Assembly: GCF_000143415.4 (NCBI RefSeq)
Contig: NW_003314368.1
Coordinates: 454,792 to 518,791, forward strand
Source: Selaginella moellendorffii
Taxonomy: Eukaryota; Plantae; Lycopodiophyta
Length of the DNA: 64,000 nt
Direction: 5' to 3'
In this document: in pieces, positions 24,441-35,349 of the stretch
Layout of the letters: each line of letters starts with the position of its first letter
Numbering within the stretch: position 1 is the first letter of the stretch
Notes under the pieces: model-generated
What the model saw: the letters and a program-made list of their open reading frames with translations, nothing else
What the model was told of the DNA's origin: nothing
The model's database searches: none
Made by a program: the position numbers and the translations under genes

Positions 24441-24961
24441 CCAGTTGGATCTCCTTTCCAAAGCTTTCGGAGAATGGAGACGGGGCGCAGCCGCGTTTCA
24501 GAGCTCGCCATCTTCAAGCTGCAACGACGGTGAGTATAAACTCGCTTCTCCTTGCGCTACTACTGGCTTTGTTTTCTTCTATCATGGCGACACTTTAGTC
24601 GCCGGGTGCAATTCATTCAACAGTCGTCGGCCAGGTCCTCCCGATCAAAAGATCTCAAAACAAAAATCTCCACTGAAAAGCTTGTCTTTTTGGTGATTAT
24701 TGCAGGCCGGAGTCGCGAGAAATGCGGCCGAGTGCATGGCCAAACTCGCCTTCGTTCTCATCAGTGTCGTAGGGGACGAAATAGCTGGTAAAGGAGGCAA
24801 TGATCTTTCCAAGTCGGATTTCTTCCTAGGAAATGCTGTGGTGGATCACTAGAAGGCTCTGGGCCTACCGACAAACGGTAGTAGCTCTCTCTTCGTTTTG
24901 CTCCCAGTGTAGAAAACCAAAAAAAAAAAAAGCCTTTTTGTGAGTCATAGCTCATGAATTA

Positions 24962-25200
24962 TTACGTTACAGCCCTGACGATACTGGAAACTGATGCTGG
25001 CTCGAACCACACTGGAACATTTGCTTGCTTCGCCACTGGAGTTTCTCCGTTAGCAATTGATGATCTATGAGAATTGGATAACCACTTACACTTGCAAGCG
25101 GTTTCCAGTGACTCGGGAGTGAGGTTGGCATCCAGCAACACAGCCGGTGCTGCTTGGATGAGAATTGTGAGATCCATTCCGAGGTCAAGTGTTTCTCCTG
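24962..25200 (-). pseudogene. fragment of a PfkB-family (pseudouridine kinase-like) gene with intron
   Basis: AVLLDANLTPESLETACK|VAKQANVPVWFEPASV; a related piece (YILPNEKEL) lies on the opposite strand at ~25250-25290. Confidence 0.65.
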
Positions 25201-25460
25201 GAAACTTGATCAGGAGAAGAAAGTACTGCGGACGAAACTGTTTAGTGTCCTCGCTTATATATTGCCAAACGAGAAAGAACTGGCTGGTTTGGGAGAAACA
25301 CTATCGAGTCTTGACACTGCTCTAGTTCCTAGTGGCTGACCAAGGAGCAGCACTACATCCATCTCCATGTTAATGAATCACCCATTAAAATTTCAATTAG
25401 AGCTAAGTGGGATTGCCGCTTCTTATTAAAACAAAACAACCTCTCTTGTTGGCCGCTGAA

Positions 25461-26993
25461 TCAAGGACATGATTTTGCCAGTCGCGGGACGAGCATTAGG
25501 GGTTCTTCTCTGATTAAAACAATGCCAAAGTAAGCTTTCATATTGACCTCGTCCTTTCCATCTGGGAGGCTCCACTCAAATGTGTGCAGCATTGTAGCCA
25601 GAGCATAGTGCACCATAGTGAGACCCATGTTCAATGCGGGACACATTCTTCGGCCTGATCCAAAGGGTATCAGCTCGAAGTTCTGACCTGTGACTTGCAC
25701 ATCAGACTTTGTCTCCAGAAAACGTTTGGGATTAAACTTGTTGGCCTCGCTCCAAGTAGATTCATCTCTTCCAAGAGCATACGCATTCACCAGCAGCCCT
25801 GTTCCTGCAGGAATGTTGTATCCCCAGATGTTACAAGATTCCACGGATTCATGAGGAGCTAGCAAAGGTGCCGGAGGATGTAAGCGAAGTGTTTCTTTGA
25901 CTATGGCCTGCAGAAACTCGAGCTTTGGGATATGCTCCTCTTCCACGGTACCATTACTTCCAACAACCTCCTCCAGTTCTTGTTTTACTTCTTGCATTAA
26001 CTCGGGATTTCTCATGAGCTCGGCCAGAGCCCAATCCATTGTGACTGCGATGGCGTCTGTACCTGCTGCAAGCATATCCTGAGATGCGAAAACAACCAGT
26101 TAGTACTTCAAACTTCTCCCATGTCTTACCGAAGTCAACGCCTTGATTCTGGTATCATCTAGAACTCCACCAGCAATCAAAACGTCCATGAAATCCTTCA
26201 CCTCGTGATGAGACTCCCGGGTTTTCTTGTGCTCTTGAAGTTGCTCTCCAAGGTAGTTCACCAGTTGCGTTTGGAGCCACTTGATCCTGAAGACTTTGGG
26301 ATCAGCCCAGCTGAGGCATGGGATAAGATCCCCGATTTGCAGACCATTCCCAACTTTGGAGGCTTCATTGAGGTTGTTGAGGAATTCTTTCAGCTTTTCA
26401 GATTCACTACCTGAGGCGTCCGAAATGCTCTTGTTCAACACCATGCGGCTCATGGTGTTGAAGGCGAATTGGAAAAACCTGGAAGTCAGATCTACAGGTC
26501 TTCTCTGGCTGCATGCTTCCACAAGTTCCGTGATGAGCATGGACATTTCCAGCTTCCGCACGGGCTGGAACATCTGCACGCGCTTTGTAATGAAAAACTC
26601 AAGAGTGCAAATCTTCCTCAAATGCCTCCAGTGATCACCGTAAGGAGCCCATACCAAATCCGTCGCATCGTACCCAAAATACTTGGCTGCTGAGTTTGCA
26701 GGCCTGGAAGCAAATTCACGGTCATGAGTCTTGAGAACTTCTTCTGCAGCAGCTGGTGTCGAAGCTACTAGTGTCTTGATTCTCCCCAGCTGCAGGTACA
26801 TGAGCCCTCCATGCTGCTTTGCAAGCCGGAAAAGATACTCATGCGGAAGTTTCTTTCCTACCAAATGAATGTGGCCTATGATGGGCAGCGCTCTTGGAGA
26901 TGGTGGAAGACTTTGATTTCGCTTGTTAGTACACAAGAGCACAACTAGTATGAGAGCAAGCGTGAGCACAATTGTAAGTATCATTTCTAGCAT
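25461..26993 (-). CDS. cytochrome P450, A-type (CYP71 clan), 2 exons, ~493 aa, apparently intact
   Basis: TM anchor, LPPSP, APYGDHWRHLRK, AAGTD, KETLRLHPP, PKRF, PFGSGRRMCPA; phase-0 intron 26079-26129. Confidence 0.93.
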
Positions 26994-27139
26994 ACTGGCA
27001 TGTGGAAGTAAGCTTAGTTCTTTATGTATACAGATTGGAATATACTTAGGTATCTTGCAACAAGTATATAAGTATATACCTAAGTTATTATATGTAGTTA
27101 TTATACACTTTCAATATCTTTTGTAGGATCCCAATTGTG

Positions 27140-29690
27140 ACAGACCATCAGGCACTGCAATGACTTTAAACATGAATACATATTCTGTCATATTTTAATA
27201 ATGGAAGGCCCAATTTAGAGTAAGCACTTTTTAAAAAAGTATGTTTACCAAACACCTTTACTATTATGCCTTTTGTGTTAATATTGTTTGGTCCTAAATA
27301 TTATTTATAGAAAGTGTTTAAATTTGTTTATTTGGCATGGAATATAGAGATTGTGTTGAAGACAATGGTGTTGGTCCCATGTCCAAATTCACAATCTAGC
27401 ACTATTCTATATTTAGTAAGTTTCAAATTTGTCCTAAAGATTAACTCCTGGTACTAAAAGTGGCCAAGAGTGAAAGTTCCTCAACAGAGGGTTTAAATGT
27501 ATAGTAGGGATAGTAGGTAAGTTAAGCATGGTTGATTAATCTGAGGTATAATTTAACTCCTACTTACGTGCTTGTTCTTGTTTTATATTTGACTTGGGTC
27601 TAAGCCCAAGTTCCACACCATGCTAGCTGATGAAATACCTATATTCTTGCGTTAGGCCACTGGAATACTAAAATAGTTCCAAATTTCATTTAGCTCGATT
27701 TTGTGTGTTAGTCCTGACATTGGGATGTTGGATGCAATTGTTCCAAGTCACTTCGTGCTTCTATCCCTTTGTTCTTTGGGTTGTACGCTCATAAGTCATT
27801 TTGTGCTCTAGTATTGTTGATGTTTAAATTTGAGTGAAATAGGATATTTATCCATAGAATTGATATTGAGTTTGATTAGACTCAATACATATAGTATTAA
27901 TAATTTGGCTATAGCTTTATATTATTAGCATTCATGTATTTGCTAGTTAATAATTATATTAGCTTTCAAATGAGTTGAGTGGCAAGTTTGAGTTAGCTGT
28001 GTTCTAAATAAGATTATTTAGTAAGGGTTAAGCTTTTAGTTTTTCCTTGAAAAATAATTGAGTTGTGGACTATATTAGCTTTGCAAAAGAAAAAGATTTT
28101 AAAGTTGTTGATTCCTTATTGGATTTAAGTTGAGAATATATCGATCATTGATGATTTCTCTTGTGTTTGTTATGAAGTGAATTATATTTTATTATGCACA
28201 AATAAATTCATGGAGGATTGTTTAGTGATCACTTATTAAGCATAACTTTGTTGTGCTTAGTTTTTGGATTGATGCAAATATACTCTTCTTTAGCTTTGGC
28301 ATTATTAAGTGTAGCTTTTGGATGTGTTAAGAAGGATATTGTGGGTTGCACCATGATTTTTTCTTTAACATTAACATTAGTTTATATAAGACTTGTGATC
28401 ATTGTTAAATAGGAGGTAAATATAAGCTTCTTTAAACTTTATGTTCTTTGAGTTTTATACTCTATGCTCTATTTGTTAAAAGGTGTTAGGGAAGGCATTT
28501 TTGGTTTATTAGCTTTGATGTTAAAGTTAGTATTTACATCCAACAATCATTGATGATGATTAATTATCATCTAGAATAGTTGATTATCCTTGTCAAAAGT
28601 TTTGCTTGATTATTATTGATATGTTCTTTTGGATGGTGGATTCTTTATTTAACAACAATTATGCATCTCTCTATTGATGGGATGATTGATAATCTTTCAT
28701 GATAGTTAGTTATTCAATTTGATGGCTTTTAGCTTTTCGCATTACCATATGTTTTTTTATGGATTGTTTTGGATTAGTCTCTTGAGTTTTAGACATTGGT
28801 AAAATGTTGCTGACACTTGCTTAAGCAACTTGAGTTCCTTCGTATTGTTGATTGATATCTATTCAAGTTGGCTAATGTAATAGTTAGCATAATCAAGTGT
28901 TTATTGATCTTGCCACATTCATTTTGTTTTGTTAATTATTACTATAGTTACTTTTGATAGATTTGATGTTTTTTCCTTTGGGTGATATATTCGTGAGGAT
29001 TTTGCTCACTAGTCAATACATTCTATAAGTTGTCTTTCATAAGTTGTTTAGCATACTATTTGTAATTTTTGATAGCTAAATTTTATCATTGATTCTTCTT
29101 GATGGTATACTTGCTATTGAGTTTCGTGGATGGTTAATCTTTTGTGTTCTAACTATAGTGATCTTGGTGGTTTCTATACTATAATTCTAGTTTATTGGAT
29201 GAAAACTGCATTAGAATACTTAAAATTAGTTTTGATGTAGCTCTTCCATCATGAAGAAATATAGTCTATAAGCTTTGTCATAAAAATAAATAAATTTTCA
29301 CTTTATCCTTACAAGAATTATGAGACTAATAACTTTCCCACAATTCTAACCAAGAATGAATGTTTTGACTATCATAAACATCTAGTGATAATTTCCATTC
29401 CATGATACTATAATCTTTGGCATGTTTGATATACCAATAGTAATCATAAATACAAGATTGATTCAACCTTTAAGGTCTAAAAAAATTAAAAAATCTTTAA
29501 TGAGATAAACAAAATCCTTGAACCTCAATAATTTAGCAACTTTGCCACATTAGAACATCATTAAAAATCTTGGCTATCACTTATGCCATACTCCTTATCA
29601 AGATCTATATCCCATTCATTTACCATCCTTAAAAGAATATATTGCTCTGATACTAATGAAACAAACAAGGAGTGAATCCTAGGCTAACCT
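27140..29690 (-). mobile_element. heavily decayed LTR retrotransposon remnants
   Basis: Reverse complement at ~29690-29570 has an LTR end plus Met PBS (ttagtatcagagc) and leader homologous to 19770-19880; region is AT-rich and CpG-depleted; left boundary uncertain. Confidence 0.6.
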
Positions 29691-31329
29691 CCCAACTTTT
29701 AAAGCATTACAACTTTAAATCCCACAATCCATAGAATAGTGTTAAACTTTGGACTCATTATAACATCTAAATAAGTATATCCTAGCAAGAGCTCCTCAAG
29801 TGCCATTAGGGAAACCATGCACTAGCAATTCTTATTCAAATCTTGAAGTGTCTTACATGAATCCCTATATTCATTTTCTGCCTTTTATTTTGATTTTTGG
29901 GCCAAGAAAGGCCAAACCTTGTTTTGTAAAAAGTTTTCACAACCTTCGTTAGCCACAATGTCATTCCCCTAATCTGTACTCTTGGGGGTTGAGATTGGAA
30001 GACAATTGTCACATCTGCATACTTGCGTTCCTTGCGATAGGTGTTATATTGTGTTCACATGTGATACACTTTATATTTTACAAGAGATAGGTTCACCAAA
30101 AAACAAGACACAATACTTTTCTTTTATCTACTTTGGAAGTATTCATCCTACATAACTTTTAGTGTGGGATCCTGTGGAGATACATCTAAATGGTACCATT
30201 TTGCTGCTATCACTTGTATAAAATCTCTAGCTCGATTGTCTTGCCATCTTAAGTTACAATTCTTAGCACGGTCCATTGTTTCTTTCAGTGATCTTTTGTT
30301 GAGAGGAAAAAAAATATCCCTGCTGAGAAATCATGAGTATGGGTCTGGAGGTATAAGACAATTGTGACAGATATGTATCCTTATGTTTATATTAATATAA
30401 ATATGTATACAATACAATATCCTCTTGTCACCACAGTTATATATGTACAGCTATAGTGTACACTTTTATATTCTACAAGGGCCAATAAAGGATCTCACCA
30501 ATCTTCCTTGCAACAAGCAAGTATTGACAACACACACAACAAGTTGTGGGGGATCGAAGACGAACAAAGAGAAGATGAGGGACCACAGAGAGAGAAAAAT
30601 CCATGCATTGCATGATACGTCCCATGCCTCCCAATACAATTTTTATATTTACTGATAATAAAGGTTTACTTGTTAAATAAGTTTATTTATCTAGTCCCAC
30701 TTAGGAAATAAGTTTTTAAAAACTGTCCAAAACATTTGTAGCGGTCTATTGTCCCTTTCAATGATCTTTTGTGGGTCAGAAGGATCTAAATCCCTTGTAT
30801 TATGATGTTTTGGACAAATATATATACATTAAATCTGCACCTTAGATAGACGAGCAGAAATAGCATATTACTGAGAATGTCACTATAAATTCTATCCTTA
30901 ATTGCTTTGGAAATAACACTTTATGATTTAATAATCTTATATTTTCTGACAAGATTCTATGACTTGCAAGAAACACATAATTTTTATTTATAATTTCGTA
31001 CTGTGATCACTTCAACACATGTGTCTGTGACATTATTTCCACATTATGGCATAGTCATATTAAAGCATACTTCTATTATTAAATTACAACTCAAAAGGAC
31101 TTTGTCACGTGATCAAATCTAGGACAAAATAGAAATTATACATTGCTAGCAAAATGTAATGAAGATTTACTGCATCCACGATGAACGGCTGTGATGAAAG
31201 TTAAGTTAGGGTTAGGGCAGCTGCCGGCATTAGGGTTTTACAAAAAGTAGAGTGGGAGATTGGGAGTGACTGTGGGATCCATTGGTGTTGAATAGAATGC
31301 TGCCAATAGTAAGTTTTTTTCTCCTCCAC

Positions 31330-31480
31330 TCCCACGCCACACCCAGCACCGCAGTGCCCATGCCACACCCAGCACCAGTGCCGCACCCACGCCGCATCCA
31401 GCGCCGCCACGCCCACGGCACGCCCAGCGCCCCCACACCCACGTCACGCCTAGGGCCACCGCGCCCACGCCACACCCAGC
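31330..31480. repeat. GC-rich imperfect tandem repeat (ccacgcc/cacccagc units)
   Basis: cccacgccacacccagc at both ends with variant units between. Confidence 0.7.
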
Positions 31481-31769
31481 GTGACTTTGTCTTCACAGAA
31501 GTCCTTGTGAATCCCTGATTCAATGAGTGTAAACGTTGTGATGCAGGCTAGCACTTGCAGGAGGGGCTTAAGATTTTTAAAGCCTATCCATTCTTTCTCA
31601 TCTCAAGGAGCCTTTGAGCTTGCAGCTCCACAGCAAAACCAAAACCTTGAGCTGCCTCATCGACTTCATGTTTCATTGGAGGCTTTGGAACGCTCCAGAA
31701 CATCACTCCATGATTTTGTAAGATGTAGTTGCAATTGTCATGGCTGACAAGCGCGTGCTTTTAGTGCAT

Positions 31770-32342
31770 CTCACATTTCATGTTCCATGGCCTGGATCCC
31801 GGCAACCACGAACACAACTTCAAGTGCTTGCCAGTTCTTGCTTTCACGGAGGCTTATGTGTATGAGGTCTGTAATTCCAAGAGCCCTATGGAGTATCTGA
31901 ATTGTTATGGGCACAGGTCGATGTAGAATACGAGAAAGCTCTAAAGAAAATGCAGGATATCCATGACCCAGTCAATGACGTGGATCCCTTTTATGGGCTT
32001 AAACTGGAACTCGCGGCTCGAAATCTCTGGACGGATAGGTACGTCTGATGTCCATTCAACTGGCTCAATCATTGCTTGAAACAATGCAGGATGGCAAATG
32101 AACTTTTGAAAGGATGCCATTACTTGAAACTAGAGCAATCCATTTGTCGTTCCAGTCCAGAAGATCAAATTTCAATCCTAGATGCACGCAGAGCTTTGGA
32201 GTTCAAATCAGCCGACTACAAGTTGCTCAACCTCTTGCTTTACAAAATGAGGGGAGAAGAGGTGAATGAGTTCCACTTCGGCTTTCTAGAGTTGTCAAAT
32301 CTTCTTGTGGAGTTGGCAGATAACTATTGTTCTACAGGCTGA
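31770..32342 (+). pseudogene. truncated fragments of a conserved plant protein of unknown function
   Basis: Exon-like pieces LPVLAFTEAYVYE and ARRALEFKSADYKLLNLLLYKMRGEEVNEFHFGFLELSNLLVELAD; no complete gene structure. Confidence 0.45.
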
Positions 32343-33464
32343 GTACATTTCCGTATGAAAAAGGCTAGAAAGTTAATACCCGTCATGTACTTTGCTTGCG
32401 CCAATGCCGACATTACAGCTCCAACCCATCTATCGCTGGGTTTCTCCTTTGCAAGCTTAAAAGCCCTGAAGAAGAAACAAAACAAATGTGAGAGACAACT
32501 TCAATCACCGTGAGTCAACGTTTTGTCAACGTGAATGCCACGGTGAGCTGGAGCAGGAGAACCAAAATCTGGCTGTCCAACCAATACTGCAATCGCTGAA
32601 TAAATGAACAATCACATTAAAGTGGAATTTTGAAAAATACCATAATATTGGTGGGGGCTAGGGCGGACGAAAACTGTTGAGACTGACGTATTCACGGTCT
32701 GTATTCCTAAGGTGGCTGTTTCTGTGTATCATGAGTCGTTTGTCGAACTTATTTCAGGTCCGAAACACAGCCAGCAAAGGAAAGAAGGGAGGCAAGAAGT
32801 TTTTTCAGGCCAGCGTTTTGCTTTGATCTGATTCCTTAGATAGGGATTGGATGACAAGGCTTTCAATGTTCAGCAAATCGTGTTTGTGTAGCTTTTTCTA
32901 CCGAACTCAATTTAATTCGATTCGCTCCTGTGCTTCTATGGTCCCGCAAAGGTGAGGATCACGCCTTCTGCAAGGTCAAGCGAGGATCAGAACGTTCTCA
33001 CGAACTTCTGGGTAAGAGATGTTTTTTTCCTCCTTTTGTGCTAGCTTCAGTGTCTAGATTGCAGCATGCAGGAAGTGGCAGATGTAATGCAGCCTCAAGA
33101 CGTAGGAGTCGTGACGAGAAGCTCAATCGCTGCCACGACGTGGTTTCCTGGACGAAATGCTTCTCAAAGGATGACAGGATCGAGGAGATAGCGAGATCAC
33201 ATATTCTGATCCGGCGAGACGCCCAAGAGAGAAAGAGCATGGCGCGGGAGAGTGGGGGCTTAGGGTGAGGTGCCTGACCTCGGGTGTCCGAGCTCAGCCC
33301 GGGTACCGCGATCATAATTCTTCCAAAAAGTCTTTGGATTCTCTCGAATTCTAACAAAGTGAATTCCAGTCTGCTCCAATTGAAGTTTTGATGGAATTTT
33401 TTACACGATCCCCTCAACTAAAGGTCCAATCGAACTCTCCATCCTGAAAATGAGAGGGTATACA

Positions 33465-33725
33465 AAAAGACTGTCACGATTATTGAGGTTCATAATCCCA
33501 TCCTCGAGGATACATTTCCACTTGCTCTTTGATCTAGTTACCTGCAAAGACAAAGTCAACTCCATCTCTAACTTCAGACAACCAAACCTTCTCAAACTGC
33601 GCTAGTACGAGATGAGTTGTCTTTGGCTCCTCTCCAGCTTGATCGATGTCGTTTAACTCGTCCTCCTTATCGTCATCTTGTTCATTCAAGGGAGGCTCTA
33701 ATCCTTCGGAGTCCACACCTTCCAC
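33465..33725 (-). pseudogene. 3' fragment of TFIIA large subunit with intron
   Basis: Acidic PPLNEQDDDKEDEL..HLVLAQFEK|VTRSKSKWKCILEDGIMNLNNRDSLF; upstream it abuts PPR remnants. Confidence 0.8.
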
Positions 33726-33819
33726 TTGTGTTGCTGTCGCTACCAGAGTCTCGTTAGCCGGTTCTTCTGTACGTTACAATGAGCCTGGCGACGAAGGTTC
33801 ACAGTCGGATCCACAGTAT

Positions 33820-35175
33820 CACTCGAAACAGCTCCACGCCGCGGGGTTGTGGCCGTTCTGTGCGTACGCCCCGGCCGTCTGGATCAAGCTTGGGAAATCT
33901 TCGTGACCATGCAGCAGCAGCAGCATCAGTGCTGGAACGCGATGATGGTGGCATTTGCCATACATGCCGATCGAGTTTCCGTTGTTCAAGCAGCCAGCAG
34001 CCAAGCTTTCGTGAATCTTTGCCTGCCAGACAGAAGACACGTTACATCCCCCCAGCGCCGCCCATTGTCGCAAACAGCTCCAGTGCTTGCCTGGATCAAG
34101 CCCGTGATCGCAGCATTCCAAGCCGGGACGTCTCGGCAAGGAATCCTGTCCAGCACTTGTCCGGAATGCCCGAGAAGACTTGCATGGCTTTCTGGACATG
34201 CCCGAGCTGAGCATATGCGGCTATCATCCCAGTCCAAGTCACTAGTAGCCACCTGTAAGTCGTCAAGCAGACAATTGGCGTGGATCATGGCATTGCTCGT
34301 GTGTAACAATTCCAGTGCTTCGCGCACGCAGTCGTTCTGGGGTAGGCCTGGATCATGGAATTCCCCACATTCTTTCGAAACAAAGTCTCGCCTCCTTCAC
34401 TTTCCAGCTCGGGCTCACCATCGCAGTAAAAGTTAGAACTTCTCTCGCGAGAACCGTCTCTTCAAACACGAACTTTGCGCTCCCGAACGCAGCCCAGGAA
34501 ACACCATTCCGGAAGCTCATTCCCAATGGTGTTCCCTGGGCTGCGTTCATCAGCTCTCGTGCCCCCGTGATGCGCATGAGCTTGGAATTCCAGGCCATGT
34601 CATTGTGTTGTGGCATCTTTCCAGCAAACCAACCGCCTCATCGAGAACTTGCAGATGTAAAAGCCCCTCAAGTATAACCATTGTGAAGCGTTGCCACGAT
34701 AACCCTTCTGACCACAGCATACCCGTCCAGGACACGATATTCTTGTCCCGAGTGCCCTCAAACAAAAGCCATGCCTCGTAGAGAAATCCACTGCTGCACC
34801 ATTGCGTTCCAAGAGATGGTGCTGGCATGCCGTATGTGGTGATATCACAACCGTTCCAAGACACAACGTCCCACACGGGCATTGCATCCAACACCTTCTT
34901 TTCCTTTGAAATGGCGAGCACGTGGTCATGAGTCCCCCGTCCACGAGTCAGGCATGGTCAGGTTGCCCAGTCCGGGCATATGCTGCAATGAGAGGATTTG
35001 AGGCGTGCTCTTGTGTGGCATCTGCTCAAACAGTTGCCTCGCCTCGTCCATTGATCATATGAGACCGTGTCAAACACGAGTCAAACAATCCCTGGTGTAG
35101 CTGATGCAACTGTTGCAGACGAGCACCACAATGATTGTGTTGTAGGAGAAGGAATTGAACTGCTAGATGCTTTGA
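33820..35175 (-). pseudogene. deleted/decayed inverted paralog of the PPR gene at 21807-24440
   Basis: Collinear DNA matches (caattccttctcctacaac, gcatatgcccggactgggcaacctga, MSFRNGVSWAA, DRIPCRDVPAWNAAITG, AYAQNGHNP) with many small deletions. Confidence 0.85.
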
Positions 35176-35349
35176 TCCAGCCAATGCTGCCACCTATGTC
35201 TTACTAGCAAACATCCACTAAAGTAACTTCATTGCCCAGGTGGATCTCCTTTCCAAGCTCTATCAAGGAATGGAGATGGGGTGCAGCTGCATTTTGGCCA
35301 TAGCTCACCATCTTCAAGCTGTGATAACGGTGAGTCACTCTACTAGTGT

